A stretch of 64,000 nt of DNA, from contig BFEA01000015.1 of NCBI GenBank assembly GCA_003427395.1, positions 3,421,808-3,485,807 on the forward strand, given 5' to 3'. Each line of letters begins with the position of its first letter. Position 1 is the stretch's first letter. Position numbers and translations under genes: made by a program. This document shows positions 1 to 11,788 of this stretch, piece by piece. The DNA is from Chara braunii (lineage: Eukaryota > Plantae > Charophyceae). The notes beneath the pieces were generated by a model. That model searched no databases, had not been told where the DNA came from, and was given only the letters and a program-made list of their open reading frames with translations.

Positions 1-1135
1 AGTTCAAGCATGCGTTGATGTTCCGGTTCTTACTTAGTCAGTCTTTCCTTCATATGCATGTGTTCCACAAGTTCACTTCTTCCTTTTGTCGAGTTCAAGC
101 ATATGTTGATGTTCCGACTCTTACTTAGTCAACCTTTCCTTTATGTGCATGTGTTCCATTAGTTCACTTCTTCCGTTTATCAAGTTCAATCATGTGTTGA
201 TGTTCCGGTTCTTACTTAGTCAATCTTTCATTCATGTGCATGTGTAACACTAGCTCACTTCTTCCTTTTGTCAAGTTCAAGCATGTGTTGATGTTCCGGT
301 TCTTACTTAGTCAATTTTTCCTTCATGTGCATGTGCTCCGTTAGTTCATTTCTTCCGTTTGTCAAGTTCAATCTTGTATTGATGCTCTGGTTGTTACTTA
401 GTCAATCTTTCCTTCATGTGAGTGTGCTCCACTAGTTCACTTCTTCCTTTTGCCAAGTTCAAGCAAGCGTTGATGTTCTGGTTCTTACTTAGTCAATCTT
501 TCCTTCATGTGCGTGTGTTCCACTAGTTCACTTCTTCCTTTTGTCAAGTTCAAGCATGTGTTGATGGTCCGGATCTTACTTGGTCAACCTCTCCTTCGTA
601 TGCATGTGTTCCACTAGTTCACTTCTTCCTTTTTGTCAAGNTNAAGCATGGGTTGATGTTCCGGTTCTTACTTAGTCAATCTCTTCTTCATATGCATGTG
701 TTCCACTAGTTCACTTCTTCCTTTTGTCAAGTTCAAGCATGAGTTGATGTTCCGGTTCTTACTTAGTCAGTCTTTCCTTCGTGTGCATGTGTTCCATTAG
801 TTCACTTCTTCCGTTTGTCAAGTTCAATCGTGTGTTGATGTTCCGGTTCTTACTTAGTCAATCTTTCCGTCATGTGCATGTGTTCCACTAGTTCACTTCT
901 TCCTTTTGTCAAAATTCAAGCATGTGTTGATGTTCGGGTTCTTACTTGGCCAAGTTGTCCTTCACGTGCATGTGTTCCACTAGTTCACTTCGTCCTTTTG
1001 TCGAGTTCAAACATGTGTTTATGATCCGGTTCTTACTTAGTCAACCTTTCTTTCATATGCATGTGTTCCACTAGTTCACTTCTACGCTTTTGTCAGAGTT
1101 CAAGCATGAGTGGATGTTCCGGTTCTTACTTTAGT
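1..1135. repeat. 91-bp tandem satellite, ~12.4 copies, running off the left edge
   Basis: AGTTCAA unit start recurs at 1, 92, 183, 274 etc.; unit AGTTCAAGCATGTGTTGATGTTCCGGTTCTTACTTAGTCAATCTTTCCTTCATGTGCATGTGTTCCACTAGTTCACTTCTTCCTTTTGTCA. Confidence 0.97.
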
Positions 1136-1208
1136 TGCTCTTTCTCTAAGGGATGGGTGACCGACATTGGGCTGCTATCACGGGGTGATGACTTGATTAG
1201 GACTAGAA

Positions 1209-1497
<289 letters not shown>

Positions 1498-2584
1498 AGC
1501 ATATGACTAACCCTTCTCCCCCCTCACGTGGAAAACATTGCCAGGGCACGAGCGGAGAACAAAATCAGACCTCACTTGGTGGAGAAAGAGGACAAGGGGG
1601 GGGTAGCCGGTCCCTTGTGCCACCAAGAAGGCAAGAGAGAGGACATCCAAAAAAGAAAGTGGGAGAGGCGGAATCCGGAAGAAAGCATAAGTTGAAAGTG
1701 AGGTCATTTTGACTCAACCATTTCCCCGACTGCATGACTATGAGAAGAGGATGGGCTGATTGAACGACAAAGCACAGCCAAAGAGCATGGAAAGAATAGG
1801 CATGTGGGAAGGGCTATGTGTTGACCCCCAACGGGGCAACGGGGGACATTGTATGGATCTTCTTGCTTGTGTGGGATTGTGCAGGTGAGTAATGGCTAGA
1901 AATGCCTTGAGCGGAATAAGTGCGAGAGGAACTGGGCACCAAGAGGGAAAGGGAAGAGGGACAAAGGGGCTATGGGACCCTTAACATAGAGCCAATTCAT
2001 GAAAATGACTTTTGCACTTGAGACTTTGAAGTGTGATTGGGAGTGCAATCGTACCAAGGAAAATGTGATGTTGTCTGTGCATGCATATGAGGACCCCGAA
2101 AAAACTTAGGGGCCTACTTCAATAAGGTGGGAAGCAAATTGTGAGATCCGATGGATGCGTAGAGGCGAGGGGAAGGACGGCCCCGCCGCACCCCGATGAC
2201 GCCATATAGCCAAAATGCCTAGGGAAATGGTGCGTGGCCTAAGGATGACGCTTAGCCTACGCACAAGAGAAGAGAAAGGCTCAAAGAACCCCTGGACTGC
2301 CTGCATATTGGAAGGAGTAATTGCTTGAGAACACTATAAAGAATGAAAAAAAAATCAGCGTTGCGGAGCGACCAGCGAGACTACCACCCGGAGTGAGGGA
2401 TGAGCTACATCCCCAATATCAAAGCTCTCTCGTGCGATGGCCCACCCCCATCCATCTCAAAGCACTAGGTGGGGGTGACCTTGGGATGAATTGCCCGCGC
2501 CCTGAGCATGAGTGTGGGCGGGCCGAGCCAACTGGGACCCGCAGTGGGGTCGACTAAGGCTCGAAAGTCTACCGGGGTTTGGCC

Positions 2585-3544
2585 CTACAACGTGGACCAC
2601 AGTAGATGCGGTACTAACATTCGGGTAAGCGTTGCTGGTGTGGTCTGCTCGTCGCAGCGCGGAATGATATCTAGAGGCAGATCATCCAGGAGTTGCGCCA
2701 GGAACACCAGAACTTCACTCGTGATTGGCTTCGGTGGCCGTCCCTTACTTTCCCGAACAAAATCCCCAACAGCTTGCCTTCCATGTCCGTCCTCCACCCT
2801 TGAATGATCAACAACTCCACGTCATCGTCAGGGACTTCGTCTTCTTCGTCTTTATCGGCCAGCTCCGCCCAATGGAACACCACTTCGAGAAGACAGAAGT
2901 TGAGCGCGACATACTCGTTCCACCACTCCGCCCACTTGCGGCGTCAAGGATAGGTACGTCCAATTGCCTGATTCAAAAAGAGAGAGGGACGTCCATAGCG
3001 AACTGCCAGAAGGTAGGGAGATCAGAGGGAAGCCTGAAGGTCGAGAGGTGGTGCCGGTTCATTGAGGCGGCGCAAAGGGAGGAAGCTCCGGGATGATGAC
3101 CTCCGGCGTAGAGAGAGAGAGTCTGAGTTGGCTGAGGTCGATGTCGTTGGTGGACTCGAACCGATCGCCTGGTCGGGCTAACAGCTGGATCCACACCTTC
3201 GTGAGGTCCCGTGCCCAAAGTCACAGTTGTCGGATGGTGGCCGTATGGCATGACGGATGCAGCGTTGTAAGATCGCCAGTGAAGGCGATGATTACCGACA
3301 CGTGGTTGACGCCTGGTGGAGACAACCGCAAAAAGGCCGACACCTCAGCCAACACTCGCTTCCGATCGCTGGTTCGTGCAAACCGAAGTTTCGCTGCCAT
3401 GTGGATGGTCGTTGTACTGAAGAGCGTCGTGAAACGAAGAAGATCTGGACTCAATCGTGGTTCCTGCACTTGCCGGATCAACGAAATATGCCCCCCGGGT
3501 CTCATTAGTCGCTCGCTAATGACGTGCTCGGTAGAAAGGCTCAT
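2585..3544 (-). pseudogene. Fragmented extra ORF downstream of integrase, unknown function
   Basis: Consecutive protein-like minus-strand ORF pieces 3544-3221, 3251-2973, 2883-2671, 2797-2585 (e.g. EVLVFLAQLLDDLPLDIIPRCDE). Confidence 0.5.
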
Positions 3545-4780
3545 CGCGATGGAGGAGAGGGTAGAGACGAAGGTGGAGAGGAGGGAGAATCAGAGTAATC
3601 GAATTCGAGATCGTCGCCTTCCTCTTGAGAATAGAGGGACGATGTGGACGAGGGGAGAGAAGGAGAAGGAGGCAAGGGACGAAGGTAGGACACGGGTCGA
3701 ATGATTGGCCAAGCCGATCGACTTTCTGAGACCTCCTGCGCAAGTCGGACCGTGTTCACTTTGCTTGGACCGAGCTCGACTCTGTGAAATCGCCCGAAGA
3801 ATTGTGGCGCTAACTTGCCCTGGCGAGCATATTTCCTCACCTGCACTACGTCCCCTAATTTATACTTGGGCCGAGGCCCAGCATTCCCATTTCGGGCCTC
3901 GTAGCTCCGGACCTGTCGTCCGTGGACCATGTCGGTCATCCGCTGTCTTTTTCGGGCTAACCGGGGGAGGGTTTTTTCTATCAATTCTAAGTGGCGTTGG
4001 ACCTTGTCTTTGACCGTTGCTCTCGTGGCTCGTCGTTCAAGGGTCGTCTCGTGGTTTAGGCTCGACAGAGCTACACAAGCTAGACTATTGGTCCGTAACT
4101 GAAAAGGGGTCAGGCCAGTGGACTCATGAGGGGTCCCCCAGTGGATAGCTAGGATATGGTCCACGATATCGGGCCAAGGCCTCGTGTCCCGTGCTGCGAT
4201 ATTTCGCCGTAGAGCTGTCTTAATCACTCGGTTTGCATTTTCTACTAGTCTGTCGATTGCGACGTATAGGGAGTCGTATTACGAATAGAGACACCATGTA
4301 CGACTAGGCTCCGTAAAACTTATCCTCGGAATTCTGCCCTATTATCCATTAGGATTTCCTCGTTGTCCTAATGCATTCCGAGGAAACGGTTGACATACCG
4401 CACAATTTTCGTCGCCTGTCGCGTTTTACAAGGGTAGGTTTCAATCCGTTTTGAAAAATGATCCACGAATACCAGAAGGACTGAATATTCGCAGCTATTC
4501 GGTCCAGGGGGTATGACAATATCCGTTGTATCCATGCTAACCCTTTGGAATAATCGTTCGACTACGGTAGGTATTATCCATCTAGGCGGTTGAATCAGCG
4601 CCTTGTCTCGCAGACCGGGTAATTGTTAACGATGAATTTAACATCGTCATGGATATTGGACCAATACCATTCGTTTTTATCAATCGCTGCCTTTGTGATC
4701 CTGACAGCAAAGTGAGCGGCGGTTTCTTCGTGGCAGTCGTACCTCATGAACAGATGACGACATCCAAATCCCACTACCAT
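3541..4780 (-). pseudogene. Integrase (HHCC zinc finger, rve core and C-terminus), disrupted
   Basis: CHEETAAHFAVRIT...WYWSNIHDDVKFIVNNYPVC; IKTALRR...WPDIVDHILAIHWGTPHESTGLTPFQL; GKLAPQFFGRF (GPY/F-like). Confidence 0.88.
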
Positions 4781-5419
4781 CTGTCTTTCGTTTTAACTGT
4801 TCGTCATTCCTTCGGTAATCCCGTGCCCTCTCGTTAGCTCACCTCCGATCTTCATTGGTGAATTCTCGGAGGGAGTTCCTAACCACCGTAGCTATCAAAA
4901 CGACATCTCTCCATACTTCCACGCGTTGAAATCTGCATATCCTTTTCAGCACTTCGGACGTGGCCTCAAGGAATCGGGCCTCCGTCGGGATTTTATTGGT
5001 TTGACACAAAGGACATAACCAGGCTTTATCTCCGTTTCTGTATTGGATAGAGAAGTCCTGGGCCCGGGAGACACACTGTTGACAATCTACCCATTCGACA
5101 TACCCTTCCCCACTATGACGCATCGAAACCGAATAGACTCGCGATATTGCTTCGCAAAAATAACCAAATTTGTCGGGCAGGGAGAGAAGAGAAGAAGTCG
5201 ATGGGGGAGAAAGGGGGCCTCTAGAGTTACCTCTTCCACCCATCGCCATCGTGTCCACGTGTCACTTCCTCGAGGACCGGGGGAGAATGACCACTTCTCC
5301 ACACGGGGATCTCTTGACTGACTCCGGCTCCTTCCACAGAGTGATCTCTTCACCCTTGGTCACCTTGCATTGCCAGTGTAGTCGTGTCCACCCATCCACG
5401 TTCCCATGCTTTTTTGTCT

Positions 5420-7039
5420 TCTGATGAATGATGTTGAAGTCGTACTCTCATTGCCCAATCATGCCCGTATAGTTAGTGAGTCTCTTGAGGGCCAGTAGGG
5501 GCTCGTGATCCGTGATAAGGAGGAACTTATGTCCGTATAGATACGGATGGAAGTGTTGAATTCCCCAAACAACCAAGTAGCACTCGTCTTGAGGGGCCGA
5601 ATCGTTCCTTCTTTCGTCAAGTACAGTTCGTGAAGCGTATTCGATGATGTGCTCGCGACCGTCCTTCCCCTTCTGGGCCAAAATAGCGGAGATCGCCTAA
5701 GGCTGCCAGTTTGTGATGGGGATGAACTGTTTCTCAGGATCGGGCCGAATCAACATAGGCGCCGAGGCCAGGGCCTCCTTCAGAGTAACAAAGACATGTT
5801 CACACTCCGCGTCCCACTTCAGCGGCTGGTCCTTTCGTAAAAGATCTGTCAGGGGCTGGGTGATTGTCACAAACCCTTTGATAAATCGTCGATAATACGA
5901 GGCCAGCCCCAGGAAGGCTCGAACTTGCGTCAGTAACATGGGCATAGGGGCTTCTCGAACCGCCTCGACTTTTCTCGAATCCGACCTCAAACCTCCTCGT
6001 GTCACCACATACCCCAGGAACAAGATTTCCGAAAGGAAGAACTCACTTTTCTCCAGCGCAATCTTGAACCCAACATCCCACAATGCCCGAGCGCCCATTC
6101 CATGTGCCGAGCATGTTCGTGAAACGATTCAGAATACACCAAGAGATCGTCCATGTACACAATGACGCAAAAATTGATCATTCCTTGGGTCATTCGGGTC
6201 TTGTTGACGAAGTTCTGAAAGGTGATGTTCATCGTTCTCTGAAAGGTAGCCGGTGCGTTGCATATTCTCATACGACAACGAACCCACTGCCACATGCCCT
6301 CGAACAATACGAACGCTGTTTTCAACCGATCCTCCTATTTAACCAGGATATGATGGAACCCATGGCGGATATCAAACTTACTAAAATATCTAGCACACCC
6401 AATCGCATCCAACAGATCATCAATCCTGGGGAGGGGGTACACATCCTTGATTGTGATGTCATTCAACTTCCTATAATCGATCCATATGTGAATCGACCCG
6501 TTCTTCTTTGGAACTAGGACTACGAAAAATGACCATGGTCCGGTAGCTGGTTCAATCCAACCGTTAGCTTCGAATTCCCAAATTCGTTCTAGCGACGTCT
6601 TTCGTTTGGCGAGGGAATATCGGTATGACTTGCTGAGGATCAGTTGGTGCATTCTGGTCTGGATTTCATGCTGAATAACTAACGATAGTCCGATGTCTGT
6701 GCCCTTGACGCTAATCACTTCTGATTTTCGGTTAGGCGCGATTAGTCGATGAGTTTCATCGGACACATACTGGGGCACATGTAGCTCATAAAGTTGTTCA
6801 TGTATACTAACTATCACTTGTTTCGTGCCTACTTTACTATCGTTCTCTGACGGAGGAGCAAAAACAAATGAATTGTCTGATCGCAAAGAGAACACCGTGG
6901 CGACCATCTGGGCGTCTTCTTCCTTGATTGCCACGTGTTCTTCTGGTGTTACACTGTCATCGATGTCCTGCAAGTTTATGGGTTTCTTGGCAATCTTGAT
7001 CCCGAGTTCGTAAGGGTTGCCGCGCCCATGGGGTTCCAA
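5420..7039 (-). pseudogene. Reverse transcriptase and RNase H, frameshifted
   Basis: VVLVPKKNGS..IDYRKLN..YPLPRIDDLL; KTAF; NAPATFQR; YMDDLL; VRAFLGLASYYRRFIKGF; IEYASR; FLLITDHEPL. Confidence 0.96.
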
Positions 7040-7336
7040 AGCTCCGTCTTCGGCGCCCTGTCTCAGCAGTCAAACCTCTTTCCCTCTAGAAAGCAGGGAA
7101 CAAGGTAATTTTGTAATGTCGCAGAATGCTTTCTTGTCATTATACCTTAAGAGATGTGGGGTGGTGGCTTCGTATAGGGTCTGAGGGGGTTCCAAAGAAT
7201 CAACCATTCGGGATACTTGCACGAGTGGTTCCCCTAAGATTAGAGTCTGTGATCGTTGGATGTTTCTTTCCGTAAGGACAAAGGTTTTCGTCGTTTTCTG
7301 TCGAACCAGGTAGCGAATTAGTTGATGCGCCAGGTT

Positions 7337-8113
7337 TCAGATCTTTGGGTCCGCTTCGTCCTCGCTGTTGGAAGAACTTTCTGATAACTTTGGTTCCTCT
7401 CCCCTTTGGTCCGTTTCTTTGAGGGGTCCCCTCCAAGTGATCACATGGAGTGGTTCTCCATTCCTGGGGAGAGCTTTCCGAGTCGTAGGGAGCGTAGTTC
7501 GAAGAGTTAGACGCATCGGGATGACGTACGGCTTCCCACCTGTATTCCGGAGGATGATGGACCATCTCTTGAAATCGAGGTTGGCTCTCAGTGCAGTAAG
7601 GGCCAGTAATCCCAAAAGAACATCGTACGTATTCACATCTAATATCACGACATCTCCCAATGCGTGAACTTTTCCTAATTGAAACGCAACGTTCGTCATC
7701 CTTCCTACCACCTTGAGCTTTTCCTCGTCGGCAGAGACAAGGTGATCTCCTTCCGATAACGGGATCAGGTCCTTTCTTCTGCCTGCTCGTTCTACAACCC
7801 TTAAGGAAATGGCCAGGACCTCGGCCCCTGAGTCGATGATAGCATTGTACGGGTTTCCCCAAACTTCTATGTCGCATTTTGCAGACTTCCATGGAATGGC
7901 CTTTATGCGCAAGAAGTGATCATATTTTTGGATGAGTCCTAATCGTATCAGGTCCGAGGTATTGAGGACATCTTGTTTGTCCTCGCAGGCGGGGGGTTTT
8001 CCTTTCATGGTTGCCTGCTTCATGAGGGTAAACCGTTTCCGATTTGCCTTGCAATGCTGCAACATTCGTCCATTCGCCTGTTCTGATATGGACAGCAGGT
8101 GTCCGATTGGCAA
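7337..8113 (-). pseudogene. Retropepsin aspartic protease region of polyprotein
   Basis: AIIDSGA catalytic motif; YDVLLGL. Confidence 0.92.
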
Positions 8114-8119
8114 AGGGAT

Positions 8120-9409
8120 TCAATGATCCAGGGCTCGGATAATATTCAGGAAATCAATTTCTCCCGTAACGAAGGCAGGGCCGCCCGATTCCATTTCTCC
8201 GGGGGACGGTCTCCATTCCGCTATTTCTCGTTGCTCGTTTACTGGGCAGATGGTCCCGATCATTCCCAAACCTGGGTAACCCAGCGAGATGTATTGGTCG
8301 AGCGGGATAAGTTCCGCAACCTCCTCAGTGGTAATCATTGCACTTCCTCTTCCTTTTGTCTCCTCAATCATCATGCCCACCCGTCCGGGTCCGTTGGCCA
8401 CTGGCACTACTGCCACAAGGGCGGCTCCCACCCGGACTTGTGTCGGTCGGTTGGGGCAATCCCGGGCTAGGTGGCCGGGCTGGTGACACGTGTAACAAAC
8501 GCCTAGATTAGCCACCGCACCACCCACAGCCTGAGCGGGGGCTGCTGCCTGTGTTAGAGGTGCAGCTCGGACAACAATAGGGCGCATCGATCTCATCATA
8601 AATTTTATCCGGGCATTGTACTCACGCTGTTCTTTCTTACTTTCTTGCATCAAGCTAACTAGCGTTCGAGTTAGTTCCAGTATGGCATTTGAGTCACTTG
8701 GTTTTGCGAGGGGGTCTAGAGGAGGCGCAAGTGGGGAAGGCGTAGGTGCGACCATCACCAACAGTCCTGTGGTAGTATCTGGTATCGTTCTTAGCTAAGT
8801 AACGAGGCCAGAGACGAAAGCCATATTTTCGAACTTGTTTTGGAGCTCAGCTAGTTCGGCCTTTGCCCTGGCCAATTCTGAAGAGTCCCCTTCCTTAGCG
8901 TGGTCTTCCCCTTCTAAAAGGCTCGCGACAAACTTTTTCTCCATTTCTTCCGAAGCGTCCATGATCTGTTGCATGGTGTGGTTGATTGGAGAGAACTGCT
9001 TTCGCAGCTTCGCCCTCATCGTTCAACTCCGAAGCACATCGATAAACAGGTCCCTCTCGACATTTTTGCCCCGTTCTGAGTTAACAAACAACCTATAGAA
9101 CCTACTGCGGTATTCAGCGACGGATTCGAGGGGCTTCTGGACTCGATCCTTAATCATGAACAAGGCCTGCTCAGGGTGGATGTAGTGAAGGTCGGGAGAT
9201 GTAAACCAATGGTGCGCATCCCCTCCCAATTTGGCGGGGATGTTGATCCTGGCCTCATCATCGTCGTATTGTTGTGCACGCAGTGTGGCTAGCCATGCTC
9301 CGGCCAGATGATGCGTAGGGTCGAAGAGGTATAGATCAGGCGGGGTTGTTGGTGCACGTGCTCGAGGGGCCGGGGCCCCACCAGCATTTAGTGTCGGATG
9401 GGCATTCAT
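8120..9409 (-). pseudogene. gag with CCHC zinc knuckle, in-frame stops
   Basis: LGGDAHHWF, QKPLESVAEYRSRF (retrotrans_gag-like); CYTCHQPGHLARDC. Confidence 0.92.
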
Positions 9410-9550
9410 GTTGGCGGCCTGCCGACCTGCCGATCTACTTCTGGTTACTATAGGGTCGCGTCGTGGCGCGTTTCTCTCCCTAGGACGCCCTCTATTTTCC
9501 AGATTGTCCCTTGTATCCTACCCGATTGACGATCTTTGGGCCTGCCCCGT

Positions 9551-9566
9551 GTCGGCTCCGATACCA
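9551..9566 (-). promoter_or_regulatory. Primer-binding site for initiator tRNA-Met
   Basis: Minus strand TGGTATCGGAGCCGAC versus plant PBS TGGTATCAGAGCC. Confidence 0.9.
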
Positions 9567-9779
9567 ACCTCACGCCCGACACAACTTCCTGATCGGAGTG
9601 TGAGTGGGTCTGGAAGTGTGAAAAGGGGGTGTGACAAGGATTTTAGAAAAGTGGGGTTGGAGTCCCAGATCGAAATTGAGATCTCTTGTGGCAAGCTCTG
9701 GGATACAAATGCAGGAGGAGTTTTGTTTTGCTTAAGGGAGCGGAGTTACCGCCTCCGTTGGTTTCGTTGTCTGGGTTCA

Positions 9780-10320
9780 ATCTGGTGTACTGTCGGGACG
9801 CTATGGCTATCCCGCTGGTTCATCACCTACCGACGTCGAACGTCGCAAGTCTCCGAGTCCGACGCGGCTGGCCTTAAGCATAGGTTGTGCGCGCGTCGTT
9901 CTTCCTCCGAGCGAGTTTGCCAGATGAAGCCAGAGGCTCGGTACTCGTGGTTCCGGAGACACTCTGAGCATGGGGGTTGGGGCCACTGAGGAGCAATTGC
10001 GAGTCAGGGGATGATGGTAAGGGAGTGATTGGATAGGATGCGGTGATAGGGAGGGAACTCGGTCCCTATAAAATAATGATTCCAGGTTCCGTGAGGACGT
10101 GACACGTGTATGGACTAGAGTAGCTGGGGAGATGGGGGTTACGTCCCAAGGCCTGGTCGAGATCCCACTCACAAATGTGTTCGTTCCCCGTTAAGTAGGG
10201 AAATTCCAGAGGTTCCGCCCAGGACCTTGCAGACAAACAAGAGTGTTCCCAATATTCTCGGAATTCTTGATCCCTCAAGCACTCGTGGTCAGTGACACGA
10301 AAGGGAATGTTGAAATTCAT
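9780..10320 (-). pseudogene. Diverged, disrupted copy of the leader-encoded unknown protein
   Basis: Manual translation ICEWDL...APQWPQPPCSECLRNHEYRASGFIWQTRSEEE...LRPAASDSETCDVRRR aligns with ORF 16133-15609. Confidence 0.8.
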
Positions 10321-10870
10321 GTTGCAAGCCGGGGTGGAAAATCAGCCATTCAGGAAATTGGTCGAGTTCACTATTCAGGTTTCGTAGACGCGCGTGTAGA
10401 CAGCGATCGTCCTTGGTCGGGCCTACACGTGCGTGCGCGGGACCTATCCTCGATCAGATGGGTGAAAGTCAGCGGGTCACAAGGAGGTTCATCTATAGTG
10501 AGACAGTTATCTAATAGTCTAGCATGCCTATCCGATTCATACACAAACAGAATCGCGCCTATCATCCATGCATCTAGCTCACATACAAGCAGAAGGAATC
10601 GAGGATCATGCAATAATTCTTACAACAATTCTTCGGCCAATCAGCCCCGAGATCACACAAGGTTCGATCATCGATAACCACTCTATCAGATTAGCCGATT
10701 CCAAAAGGGAAGGGGAGTGGGAGAAAACATTCCACACATCGTTCTTCGAGGAGAGAAAACAAGAAAGGAAAAAAAAACTCGAGATTCCGATCCAAAAAGG
10801 ACAAGGGCTACCGAAGCCGATACCAAAATTACTTAGAAGAATAGAAGAAGAAGCTCATCACACACCTTCC

Positions 10871-10872
<2 letters not shown>

Positions 10873-10953
<81 letters not shown>
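10873..10953. repeat. (CT)n microsatellite
   Basis: Direct inspection. Confidence 0.97.
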
Positions 10954-10955
<2 letters not shown>

Positions 10956-11788
10956 CCATCTCGATGCGGGCAGTCCGTCGCCTCGCACCCACATAGAGTT
11001 GTCACCCGACTCACCCCGCTTGATCCGAGCATGCAAGCCAGGTTCGTCTGTGCGCCACAGTCCGTCGCGGCCCCACGTTAACCTCGCATGCCTAGCATCA
11101 GCTTGTCAGATCGCCCAACTCTCTACTCACCTTCCAAATCTTGCTCGTTAACCAATCCTCTCGACCTCGCTAACTTCCAAAATTCTTAGAGAGTAAGTTA
11201 ATCGCGCTTGCAAAATTTATAGCATGCATGCATGCATGATACTCGGGATTATGTCCGAGTAGGAGGGAGAAGAAGGAAGGAAGTGTGCCTACGACTGCAT
11301 GGTCAGGCCATAACGTGTGGGACGTAGCCTCACTCCACACATCGATCTCGTCATGCAAGCGTTCAGGCCAACAAGACAGAGGAAGGAGAATGCGTGCACG
11401 AGGGTGCTACAAAAGATATCAAGAGGGAGAGGATTACAGTTGCAACTATGCCCTCCAAAACAAGAATTACAGTTACACGAAAGGATTAAGGCACAGAAAA
11501 ATCAGAGCGCGGATCCTGACGCGGCAAGGCGTGCGCAAGCAAGAAGCGTCGTGCGGCAGAAATTGAGGTGCGCCCAAATTCCTAATCTGAATCCTAAATC
11601 AAAAAGAAATTCCGAACGAAGCAATTTCGATAGCCCGCGAGGGTTTGTCATCAGTTGAAAGTTCAAAAACGATTTTCCCGCGTGACGATCGCACCTAAAT
11701 TATCATTTCCCACAGCAGAACAAGAAAGAAGCTATGTCAACACTTATCTTTCGCGCTCGCTAAGGCGCGATCAGCTACAACCGTCACA

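Larger units (their letters stand above)
2340..11788 (-). mobile_element. Decayed Ty3/gypsy retrotransposon (element 1); left boundary approximate, no 3' LTR found
   Basis: Minus-strand order gag(CCHC)-PR-RT-RH-IN; PBS at 9551-9566; 5' terminus TGTGACGG at 11788. Confidence 0.92.
9567..11788 (-). repeat. LTR-like 5' leader of element 1
   Basis: Shares ACCTCACGCCC, GGGGTGTGACAAGGATTTT and GCTCGCTAAGGCGCG with the 15321 and 20242 copies; ends in CGTCACA. Confidence 0.85.
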
